A DNA stretch of 59,581 nt, filler included, from Sphacelaria rigidula (lineage: Eukaryota), in NCBI GenBank assembly GCA_964200075.2. It is 6 parts of 6 records of this genome, joined end to end, with 100 filler letters (N's around TTAATTAATTAA, not from the genome) between each part and the next. Parts side by side here need not be neighbours in the genome. Positions count along the whole stretch, not along the records: positions 39,792 to 49,636 come from CAXNAA020007641.1; positions 49,737 to 59,581 come from CAXNAA020007642.1; 4 more parts are not named here. One strand, 5' to 3'. Positions 48,825-59,581 of the stretch are shown one piece after another. A program made the position numbers and the translations under genes. Position 1 is the stretch's first letter. Each line of letters opens with the position of its first letter. The notes under the pieces were generated by a model. The model had not been told where the DNA came from and did not search any database. It saw nothing but the letters and a program-made list of their open reading frames with translations.

Positions 48825-49636
48825 CATGAATCACTCTTTGAGAAACCGTGCATTGATACCTGCTTCGGCGGGAGGGCCGCAAGGAAAAACAGAAAATCGC
48901 AGGAGAGGCAAATGCCAACAGGTTCGTCGGCGCCGAGGCCAGATGGGTCCGGAAACACCTTTCGAAATGACGCGTTGGGCTCGATTGTTGTGATTTGTGG
49001 ATGACGAAAATGCTGAATAACTTGATACTACAAGTGACGTGCTTGCTGTAGCAGGGGAGTGGGTAGCACTCTCGCCAAAGACGTGGTAGAGTCAGGCACA
49101 GCCGCCTAGAAATTTTTACGAAGGCATCAGACAAGAGGGATTGAGGGAATGGAATTGCTGGATTGTGCTCACCTGTGAAAATTTAGCCACAAATGGGTAC
49201 CGTGGGTTCTAGTGCACGACCGCTCTTCTTACCCATGACACGTGCTTTTTCTGGCTTTTTTAAGAGAGAGGAATGGGGCATTTGTATGATACTGATATAT
49301 ATGTCTGAAAAACTACGATGGGAATAGCGTTTTGCGGTCCTTCAAGCACGCGGTCCTTTCACGCGGTATAGAGAGCTTGTACGGACCGTTGGGTAAACGA
49401 TATAAATATGAGGTGTGTTGAGTCTATCTTACACGGAAGAAAAACACAAGAATGAATAAACTATCCCCTCTGTGGGATGTCGTTTCATGAGACCTTAATG
49501 GTGCTCGGAGCGGGCTATTCAAATCCCACGCTTGGGATCGGTTTCGTCAATTAACAACAAATAACAGCCGATTTTAAAATTTGGGGTTCAACACTAAAAT
49601 GGGGCTGAAGTCGCATTTCTCTATTGCAGGGAAGAT

Positions 49637-49736
49637 NNNNNNNNNNNNNNNNNNNNNNNNNNNNNNNNNNNNNNNNNNNNTTAATTAATTAANNNNNNNN
49701 NNNNNNNNNNNNNNNNNNNNNNNNNNNNNNNNNNNN
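49637..49736. other. Artificial contig linker
   Basis: N44-TTAATTAATTAA-N44. Confidence 0.98.
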
Positions 49737-50669
49737 TGAACCCGAACATCAGGCGCTGTATGGTCACTTTTTTCGTGACACTTTTAGCTGTTTTTTTTGG
49801 GGGGGGTATCGTAGAAAGTGTCCGCCCCGCCGCGGTATTCTAAATTAAAACGGTACAATTAGGGCGCGACAAGCGCGGGTTCGATTCCCACTAGACGCGT
49901 CTAGTTTGCCCTTTTTTTTCTTCACAAGTATCTCGTTCCGTCGTTGAAAGCCGGAGGACAGGAGTAGCAAGGAGAAGTCTGCTGAGCGAGTTCATTTGAC
50001 GCGGTGCGGAGGATGCTGATCGAATTCGCGACGCCAAGATGTGAAGCGTTACCGGGGGAGAGGTAGATTGATCCCTTGGGACCACAGACTTGTCCCGAGG
50101 AAGGGAAGGGCTTAGGCATGGGGGGGGGGAAAGAGAGCGTAAGTGTTTTTCGTCTTTGTTTGTGGAAAGATAAGCTCCGATGACACCGCATGCTGCAACA
50201 GCGCGGTGAGGTCGATATGAACAGCATTGATTATGTTCAACTTCATCCCATTGTCAGACCTTCGAAACATTCGCTGAAAATTATTCCAATTGGGAAGCAC
50301 CTCGCTGCAGTACGAGTACGATGAAAAAAACAAGAGTCCGTACCGGCTATGCACCCACTTCACTAAACTACTTTTGTGAAACCACCTGTTTCTCCGACGC
50401 TACCGCTATATTTCCTGACGACAGTCGAGATACCCCGACTAAATTGGTCGGGTATCCCCGCGCTGCACATGACAAGGATCACTCTGATCTACCTACACCG
50501 CGAACAAAACCCCATGCACTCCGATGGCAGTCAAGTTCGCGACTCCGCTGAGACTCTGACACGGTCATAATCTAAAGCCCTGAAGCATTTTTCGGTGACC
50601 AAATACAAGGATTTACCTCGTGTTCGAGGTAAACACACATGCCCACAATGTAGTGCTATCTTGGAGGCC

Positions 50670-53600
50670 TCAGTACTTGAGGCTACAGAAAGCTGCGACG
50701 CCAGCCTTCACCCACGTCTCCTGATCAGAGCTTCCAGCATTATTGATAAAATCTGCACGGTTCGAGGGTATGTCTATCCACATCACGAAATTCGTAGAGT
50801 GGCCCGTAGTAGACAGAGTTCCCCGTCGCGACAGAACCTAGTGAGAGGAGAGGAGCACCAGGCAGGAAAGTCGGTGTTTTCGACGGGTACTGCTAATGTT
50901 GCCGGAAGAGTGTTCGGGTACGCCTAGGCTGGGTACCGTGTATGACGATAAAGGACTGCATAGAAAAAATCCACCGCCACATTTTGAACAATTATGCTAT
51001 TACAGAGAGGCACATTCTAAAGCGTATATGCGACTCTTGTCAAGCGTTCGGGATGCGTCGGCCACCGCAACTACTGCTACTACGCGTACAATACAGTACA
51101 CCAATTTACTTTTGTCATTACTGAGAGTGATTTTGCAAGGCTCTTTCGTTTACTATATCGCTCTCCGCGCGCGTCGCATACGAGGCAAAAGGTACTGCTT
51201 TGACATATCGTGTGGCGTGCGATGATCGACCAATGTGAACGTCGAACACATTTTCACGCGTCTTTGCGCGACATCACTTCGAGGGGATGCAACATGCCCC
51301 TTGTCGTTACCCAATTTGTACGACGGTGTTGGGTAGGAAATTGAGTTTACGTCGAGAATGCCCCAGTGGGGTAGGTTTGGCAAATATCGATAATATCAAT
51401 TGATCTTGACTCATCATGGCGATATCATGTTTTATCCAAGTAACGAAGGCCGTCGCTTTGGTGCACCCACCTTGTATACGGGGCATCGGTACACTCCGTG
51501 TTCTGGATTTTTGCGGTGTTGCTCGGGGTCGAGGTGAAGGACGGGGAGAGACGTGTACAGCTGCTTTGGTCGCGAGTCGTTGAGCGACTGTTGTTCTGGA
51601 TCCCATCGAGCCCCTTCGAGATACATACCTCGCACGTATGCACCGTCCTGCAGATCGATACCGACAGCACATGTACAAGTTGAGTACTTATGCGACAACG
51701 AGGGTATCTGGGTATGCCCGTATATGCATGTGTGCATGAGCGTGCGAAATATCCAGTCATGACGGTCTGTCACCCTGTTCGATGGACCTCGCCGTAGCTT
51801 CGTTTAGTTTTGATTGCTGTTACTTCTGACGCTGGCAGGGTTCTTGCACCATTTCCACCACGATGTTTCGATCTTGATCATATGATCAAGAGAACAAACT
51901 TAAAGCACGCAGCACGGTACCGCACTCGGAGGATTGCGTCCTAGCCCAATCAGGGGTAATCGTACCCTAATACGCTAAAAAAATAATACTTCAGTAGATC
52001 TCAGCAATCAAGAACACATGAGTCCCCTTGAGGGAAGACATTCGACCACAGTACTTCAACAACTCGCCTACGCTCACGAGGTCTAAAGCCCTTTTTCCAA
52101 CACTGTATCTCTATTTTACGGATTTCATGCCGTATTCTTGTATCACCTGTGGCCTGCTTGTCAGCTCCTCCCACGCTTTGTCTACGACGACAAAGTTAAA
52201 CTGCACGGTGTCGATGGCGAATTTCATTCGTCGCGCATAATTTTGCAAAGTGCCCGTTAAGAAAGCCTGTAACAATGAGGAGATAGATGCACGGGTCACG
52301 CGTCAAGGTTGCTGGGAAGTCACCTCGAAAACCTACAAGTTCTTCCTGTACTGCGCTCTCTGTTCCGTTGTCAATGCTGCAGAACACGATGCAAAGAGAG
52401 CACCTAGGGTAGCAGCATGTTACAGTAGTAATTGCTGCAGTAAGCGCGCCAGATCTTGAAGGGAGCTTGAAGGGAGGCACCGAGGTGCCGATCCATTTGA
52501 GGTTTGATTGACACGACAACGACGGTGCCCCTCCCCTGGGTGCCGTACGAAGGCTGTGTCTATTGAGAGTGACTGTTGAAATCAGGCGGTTGATAAACCT
52601 TTCATAGGTATTAGCATCAAATTGTCCAGCTCATCGCGTCTAAAAACCATCAGTTCATGGTTCCGACTTGTTTATCACAGAAGTCCCGGACTACCAGTAC
52701 GGTTCGAGTGGAGCAATCCATCCGCTGCAGCACAGTACAGTACACGGATTACCTGCGGGAAGTAGAACCCAGATATCCAGAACACAGCCGGTATGCCGTG
52801 GTCGATCCAATTCCTAACAAAGTCTATTCGGTACATCACATCCGTCACCCAGGCAGTCAAAGGCTTCATCGACGGGAATGCCTGCATAATTGGCGGGGTT
52901 GTGGGAGAAACGGCCAGAGTACGTGGCGATAAAACGCACGGGCTCAGGAGTGGCAGCAAAGGTGTGCCCGTAGGGATTGTGTTTCCATGCTTATGTCGTG
53001 TCGAGGAAACGGACTCTGCGGGCAAAGTTCAACCAGTATAATCGCGCTGATATTGAGCTAAATTGAATAATCGGTACTTGGGGGCGGTCTAGCCCGACGA
53101 TGTTGGTCGCTTCATACAGTACTACCTAAGTAAGATCTCGGCAAGGACACGCGAATTGAAGCGGGCTGGACTGACGGCCGCACGACGGGATCAGGAAAAA
53201 AACAAGGGCACCGGACGATCATATTCAAGATTTCATCGCGTCGAAGGCCACATGGTTTGGGTCACTCCTCTGGCGTCGAGATGTCAAAATGTTCTCCACC
53301 TGTGAGATAGTTGGCGCAGACACCTACCTTGGCCTCCCACTCTTCTGGAACGGCGTTAAGGGCGATCGCTTTCCCCACTGCTTCAAGCTCCCCCGACATA
53401 ACCACCAGGCCCTTCAAAGCCTTCTGGAGCTCCGGCAACGAGCGCTCCATGACTGCGATTAGCTTGTTATATCGTATGCACTCTTGGACAAGAACCTACA
53501 GAGCATAGAAGTTCTGGGTCTGAGAGCTGAACCGCCGCATCTTTCTTGCCTCCGAAGGATGTGATACTTTTTCACATGTGTTGTTGCTTTAAATTTCATA

Positions 53601-56600
53601 GCGAGCGAGTCGCTCCATTTTACTGATTTGTTTGGACGAATGTTGGGCCACCTTTTGTACAAAACGCAAAGCAATTTATGATTGAAATGACCAATTGTTG
53701 CAGTTTTGAACCCGAGAGCCTCTCACTGGGGCGCCCCTCTGAAACTTTGAAACAGACATGTGTACCCTGTGGTCATAAGCCACTTCATTCGCGGCGGGCA
53801 AAATAAGTGTACGTGTATATTTACGTGAGCATAGGTTTATCAAAAGTCTCAACGTCGAAGATGATTCAGCCGTGACACTCGATTTGTTCAGAAATCCTGC
53901 ACAGACTGCAACGCCTGACGAGGTCGACGACAGGCGATGTTAACCCTGTTCCATTTTACAATGACTGCTGAGAACGTACCATGCGCGAAATTCCAACCAC
54001 GCTTTCCTATTCGTTGTAAGAACGAGCCGCACGCCACACGGCGGCCCCGTTTTCACCACGTTTCAGCACCAAGGCTACCCTACTGTGGAACGCACCGTGT
54101 TCATACTCTCTTCGTAGACAACCGGGTACTGCATTGTAATGGCTTGGATGTCGAATTGGCCCCCCTTCTCCTTCAGTTGATCTTCGATGGATTTAGCCTC
54201 CAGTATCAAGGCTGCATCACCACCGGCCCCTCCGCCCCCACCGCCTCCCGCCTGTCCGAAAACGACACCAGAAATGACTGTGGTCATGGCGTTACACGTC
54301 ATGTTTATGTAGATTGCATATTCAGGACTACAAGATCACACGCTCCGGTACCGGGTATGAACGATCGAATCGATGCTCGCCGTGTTGCTTCAGCTCGTCT
54401 CTCCGCTCCTCCACGACTCGATTTATCTCTCCACTTTCTCTGCATCGTAGCTTTACACGGATTCTTCTCGGCATAGCTGAACGCTGAACGCTGAACGCCT
54501 AAAAAAACCCGTACGGGAATACAGCGTCATCAGAAAAATGTTTTGCACAAAACAATTACGCAGAAGCCAACATGCGCGCAGCGCAGTTTATACCCCACTT
54601 TTGACACATTGTGTAAACTACCATGAGATGAGTCTTGGCATGATCGCTTCCACCCGCCCGCCCCCGCCAGTCACCGACGACAGAGTTCATGTGTGCCAAC
54701 CTCCATAAGAAGAATAGTGTCGAATATCACGAACGTTTCCGCCAGGGCACAGGCAATGTTAGCGTTCTCGTGAAGGCCAAACACGCCGGGTCCAGCAGTC
54801 ATGGGCATAGACTCTATGCACTCCATGTAGCTGCGGTGAGGGTCGTCGGGATCATAGAGTACGGACGGGTAAACGCCGTCCTCGTCGAAAGAGTAGTCTG
54901 AATCTAGCACCTGAAGGAACACGCGACAGTAAAAATTTGGGTCTTGGAGAAAAAACACAGATACTGAAGTACGACTAAGCTCAACGTCAGGTGAAACCGA
55001 CATTATTTCGTAAGATATTTCCGAAGTTGAGGGTAATACAACCACATTTGTTGGAATAAATCAAGGTAATCACAATCAAACATGTTGATAGGCAAGATCT
55101 TTACAAGCGACTGGTTGCGAGTAAATTGCTCGAATCAGTATTCTGCTAGTCAATAGCGTTATGATAAGTATTGAAGACCAAACTATAATTGCTTCGATTA
55201 TCACATGACTCTTGAGTTCCATTGGTAATGTCTAACTCGCTTTCCTCTCCATCACGTTGTCGACTTTCGTTTTCGCTGTGTTCTGTGTTAACTCTTGCAT
55301 AGCTTTTATCTGTATTCCTCACGGTGAACGGCAGTTTCGAGTTCCCGTAGAGAATAACACCACGTTGGAACAACGCGCTTGAGAAAGACTGGTGTAACAC
55401 GCTTGTTTGCTTCTAGAACGATTCCTGAGGCGAATCACACGTTGCAATACCATTCGGCCAGCAAAGATGAAGCCCTCGGGTGTCCTCGTGATCGTGGGTG
55501 CGGCTTACCCTGGGTGTGTAGAAGGTGCGCATGATAACGTCGATCGTGCGCAGGTCGATATAGTCCGTAACTCGCCCGCCATAGTTGATGTACGATGTCA
55601 AGAAGTTCAGCACTCGGTACGGCACCTGAAAAATTCGAAGACGCGGATGACTTAAGTGTCCGATTTTCGTACGTTGTAGAGGCTCTAGGACTGGGCCACT
55701 ACCGCATCGTGGGACGCACCGACCTGCTCATCGGAAGCGTTTCAGGCAGTGCCGGCAACACACTCGTAACACGCTGCTTAGCAGGTAGTCAACCACGGTC
55801 TCCCAGGAACTCAAACTGAACGGCCAGAGATGGCACGCCCACAAGTTACACAAAATCAAAACCGTTTTCCGCCTCCCAGGAACTCAAACTGAACGGCCAG
55901 AGATGGCACGCCCACAAGTTACACAAAACCAAAACCGTTTTCCGCCAGTGTGCTGGTGATAGACGAGGTTTCGACTCGGGATATTCGTGAACATCTTCTT
56001 GAGTTTAAAAAGCCCACCTGCTGTTTTTAATGGGCAGCCCGCGCGGATATCGACAACAGATAACAAGCTGGGAGAATGCTGGTCTCTCTATTGTATGATT
56101 TTTCATTCGTCCCTCTTGTGTACGACATTGACTCTTCACCCTTAACTTCTGCGGTACAGCTACACCGACCGCACTCGTCGACATGTAAAGGGCAGAACTG
56201 GCTTGGAAATTCTAGAGTAAAAAATACACGTGAGTGGGATAGAGCCATGATTATGGCTGGGCCTCACTCAAGCATGCACTGCCAGGCCGCCTGTGGTTTC
56301 ACCACCCGACAATTCGCAGTACTGTCGAATCCCAATGTATCTCCAATTCATCACGACATCCTGGAACATGCTGCATCTTAGAATTAATGATCGTACCTCC
56401 TCATAGCTGTCGAGGAAGATTTCCAGCTGGCCTTTGCTGATGTCGAGATCCGTGTCGTTGAATTCGTAGGGTACATTCCACCCCAACGGACCGAACTTTC
56501 TCCTTTCCTGGTACAGATGCATGCGATACGGCAAACTCATCATCACGGATGGATCTGTGTCAGAATGCCGTGGCGCTGTGTGGTTAAGGGTACCAAGTTA

Positions 56601-58349
56601 GCTATCCATATATCTACAGACTCCGGTATTGACTGCATCGGGCATATTTTCGTAATACTTACGGCTTAACGGATATGATTTGCAACTTGTCCGTCTGCCC
56701 CCTGAAACGAGACTGGTACGGAACAGCGCCACCCTGTCATTGGCAGCAGTGTATCGAATGACCACAGGCGGTAACACGATAATCGCTTGATCCATGTTCG
56801 ACTAACATTATCCTTTAGCCCAAGTGCATTTAAACAATTGCGCCAATCAATCAGTACGATGGCGTGAAAGGAACGTAAATACAGATGTTTATCGACATGT
56901 ACCTGTACGCTTGCGTGGAAGAAACAGAGCGCAAACAACAGCTTTTTGTACACGGCAGGATTGGACGTAGCGTTGAGTTTGTCGTTGTCCAGCTTGTAGT
57001 AGGCGCTCTTCAAATTGGCCTGCTTATGCGATTCGGCGAGACAACAGCAGCATGAACAGAAGGCAAGATAGCGTAGCGCGGTGACGACGTGGGGTCAAAA
57101 CCGCCATCATATTTAGGTCCGTGTAGCAGACAACTAAAAAAACCCAGCTTCCGCTGTGTCAGAAGTAGTCATTGAATTTGTCGCAAATATAGATGACCAC
57201 GGGTTCGCGAGATCGGACTAATGTGCGGAAATAATAATTCTGATAATAATAAATAGTTGGTGCAGTCTACATGTAATGTTTGGTGTCCGTGTGCATCCAA
57301 AATGTGGTGCAGTGTATTACGGCCCGACTACGTACAACCGGTGATAGTTTCGGGAGATGTTTTGAGCCGTGTCGTACAGTACAGTAATGCACCACTCCAG
57401 ACACAGTGAAGCAGCACTGCAATCGTGTCCCGTAGCGAGGTGTGGAATGGCCAGTAACCTTGCACGTCGGAGTGGGTCGCCTCAGTGCGGGCTTGAGACG
57501 GTTTTGTATGATCAAGAAATGCTACCAGCCCTTCTGTTTTCACCTTTCCAGCCTCCCCCCGGTGTTCCCAGTAGTACACTCTATTTTCCTGCAGATGCTG
57601 GCCACCCACTATGCTGTTACAGTTCTCCGTGCTGTTGGGAAGAGAATGCGTGTGTCTATAAAATATTGGTCAAGTGAGCGCCTGTGAAAACCGTTCCGCC
57701 CTTTATCTTCCCTCATTCCTGCACGACGCAAGTAGGTCTGATAGCCGCTGTGCATTCTCTGTTAGTCGGTCTCGCGAGACAGCACCACGCCATATTGCCA
57801 TTATTTCCAACAAGATTACCTCTCCTTGCAGGTCACCAGTTATAAGACACCCATTGGACTGTAACTTCATGTAGCAACTCACTCGTCAAGAACAACCTTG
57901 GGATTGTCGTTTTATTAGTACGTCACTGGTCAAATAGTTGTCGGTTGACTGTCACACCACGTCTGCATAGGCAGCCCTATCCATCTAATTTTGCCCACAT
58001 TCCATCATATCGCAAGGAGGATTTAACACGATAGCAGTGACGGTTCTTGGCGGGGACGGGGTTTGTGAGTTCCGGGTTGTGTGTTTGGGCTCTCCTACAT
58101 CGTTCGTGCAGGTATGATGCGATAAAGGTTTCCGTGAGGGCTAGTTTCGTTCATCACCTTCAGTCCCTTCGGCGGCTCGTTCGTCATTTTCACTCCGTTC
58201 TGTAAGATCGATACCGGAAACTCCTTGCACGGCATGGACGTCAGCCATAGGCGGAAGTCCTTGTGTGCTGATTCCGGGCTCAGCTCCTCACACATACGTT
58301 CCAGCTCCGCCAGCCACGATATGTACAAGTGACAGTTCTGGAGATACAC
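50670..58349 (-). CDS. Axonemal dynein heavy chain, inner-arm (single-headed) type, AAA6 to C-terminus (5' partial; 11 exons: 58349-58158, 57019-56903, 56507-56397, 55625-55509, 54910-54701, 54251-54096, 53495-53328, 52881-52753, 52266-52147, 51647-51471, 50837-50670)
   Basis: Motifs [117 protein letters not shown] and [14 protein letters not shown], ending W.KAGVA.FC then TGA. All introns GT-AG and in frame. [14 protein letters not shown] is typical of the DNAH1/3/6/7/12 group; the exact orthologue is not assigned. Confidence 0.97.
55800..55946. repeat. Near-perfect 73-bp tandem duplication in a dynein intron
   Basis: ctcccaggaactcaaactgaacggccagagatggcacgcccacaagttacacaaaa.caaaaccgttttccgcc, twice. 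Confidence 0.93.
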
Positions 58350-59451
58350 CTGAGATATCACAAAAACCCAAATTGAACATTTTCAGCTCGGAGCGCTGTA
58401 CATGAATATCGCACTTTCATGATTTTCTGTTGGTGCGAGTGGTCCGGGTCTATCGTCTAGAGCGCCCCGTGAAACGCTCGCTCCCAACACCTCGCAACGG
58501 GCTTTGTTTGTTCATCGCGCCGATCAGGGCGAACCAACATTGATCTGCGGTGGCAAATGAACAAGGTGCCGGCGAGGCAATAAAGGTGACGGAGGAACTC
58601 ACCGGACCGAAGGATGCGTGCTACTGTCAGCCCGTCTTCACCGCATCTTGTAGGGGTCGTCAATAACGGGACTTATGCTGCAGGCTTGTTCCACTTTTTA
58701 AAAACATTTTCCGGCTTAAAAACAAAAAATCTGGAGAATGAATCCAAGGGGTAGGCTGGAAAATAAATTCAGCGGTCGGAAAATAAATTCAGCGGTAGAT
58801 TTTCCGAGGAATACGTAGTCAGCCTTGAACTGCAGGTTTTATTTCTTGACCTGGTTGAGAAACCTGGAGTCACACTTTTTTCTTTTTTTCCCGAGAAAAT
58901 CGGAAAAATCTGCAGAAAAATAGCTTCGTTTATAACGACCCTAAGATGTACAAACTTCTGGAAGAAAAAATCTATGATCATTCCAAATAGGGTAGGGCCG
59001 GCGACCCAGGCAGGTCAGCGTCATTGTCATGAAGAGTTACATAAGGTGGGTCATGAAGTCTGTGCACTCTGATATATGATGCGGGTTGGTATTAGCCGTC
59101 GACCCTTTGACCACCCAGATCCCTAGTCGGACGCTGAACAGATCGGCTTCTTGTAGGGGGTTTGGATCGTTTGCTTCTGGTGGAGAGACAACGCATAGCG
59201 AGAAAAGGCTATTCGCGCACGAGCGGCGACCACCTGCAGATCTTATTTTCGTCACACTTCAGGACATCAGCATGGCGGTGATCATGCCAAGATACATACA
59301 ATATACATATGGCCGTACGTGTCAGAGGAAGTCAGGACGCATCACAAAGTGATGAGTGATCGAGAAAAATGTGCAGCCTTTGATCTCAACAACGGAAAAA
59401 TGCCACCGCACGCCTAATTCCATTGCCCCACTCCTGCTCTCCCCCCCCCTT

Positions 59452-59510
59452 CGTCTCGAAACGGATGCGTGGTCAATGGTCAAACGACTAAGGCAAGCAG
59501 CAAATGAGTA
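59452..59510 (+). mobile_element. ~60-nt LINE 3'-terminal insertion within a C tract
   Basis: cgtctcgaaacggatgcgtggtcaatggtcaaacgactaaggcaagcagcaaatgagta matches the LINE ends at 10171-10229 and 12632-12690; C runs on both sides. Confidence 0.85.
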
Positions 59511-59581
59511 CGCCCCCCCCCCCCTCCCCCCCTTCCCCCACGACGCCCGCGCGTGCAAAACCATCACATGAACAACTCACG

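Noticed and set aside
48840-49560. Possible PLE C-terminal fragment and degenerate hammerhead ribozyme on the minus strand
   Set aside because: The resemblance is weak. The core reads TTGACGA rather than CTGANGA and stem II cannot be drawn convincingly; a covariance-model search would be needed.
2348-58349. Myosin and dynein motor genes in one window as a functional cluster
   Set aside because: They are on different contigs joined by artificial linkers.

Overview
This is eukaryotic, intron-rich, repeat-rich DNA, most likely from a brown alga (Phaeophyceae). That assignment is inferred from the 72-nt LRR exon, C-rich splice acceptors, TTAGGG repeats and axonemal dynein. The window is NOT one locus. 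Five 100-nt N/TTAATTAATTAA/N linkers join six contigs of steadily decreasing length (9849, 9848, 9847, 9847, 9845, 9845 nt), so no synteny should be read across linkers. Contig 1 holds the first three exons of a myosin and a tRNA-like SINE head. Contig 2 holds a decayed LINE and an unrecognised minus-strand gene built from a repeated three-exon module (large low-complexity exon, 37-nt microexon, 98-nt exon) that encodes a repeated ~65-aa helical domain. Contig 3 holds satellites, a decayed intronless virus-like gene cluster (with a RING finger) bracketed by oppositely oriented ~100-bp repeats carrying lox-like palindromes, and a near full-length CRE-like RLE retrotransposon. Contig 4 holds a foldback-like repeat, two convergent LRR exons and TE debris. 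Contig 5 holds a two-ORF Penelope-like element, a Ty3/Gypsy pol remnant and several copies of a TGT...ACA MITE carrying telomeric TTAGGG repeats. Contig 6 holds the last 11 exons of an inner-arm-type dynein heavy chain. All calls come from reading the sequence by eye; no searches were run.
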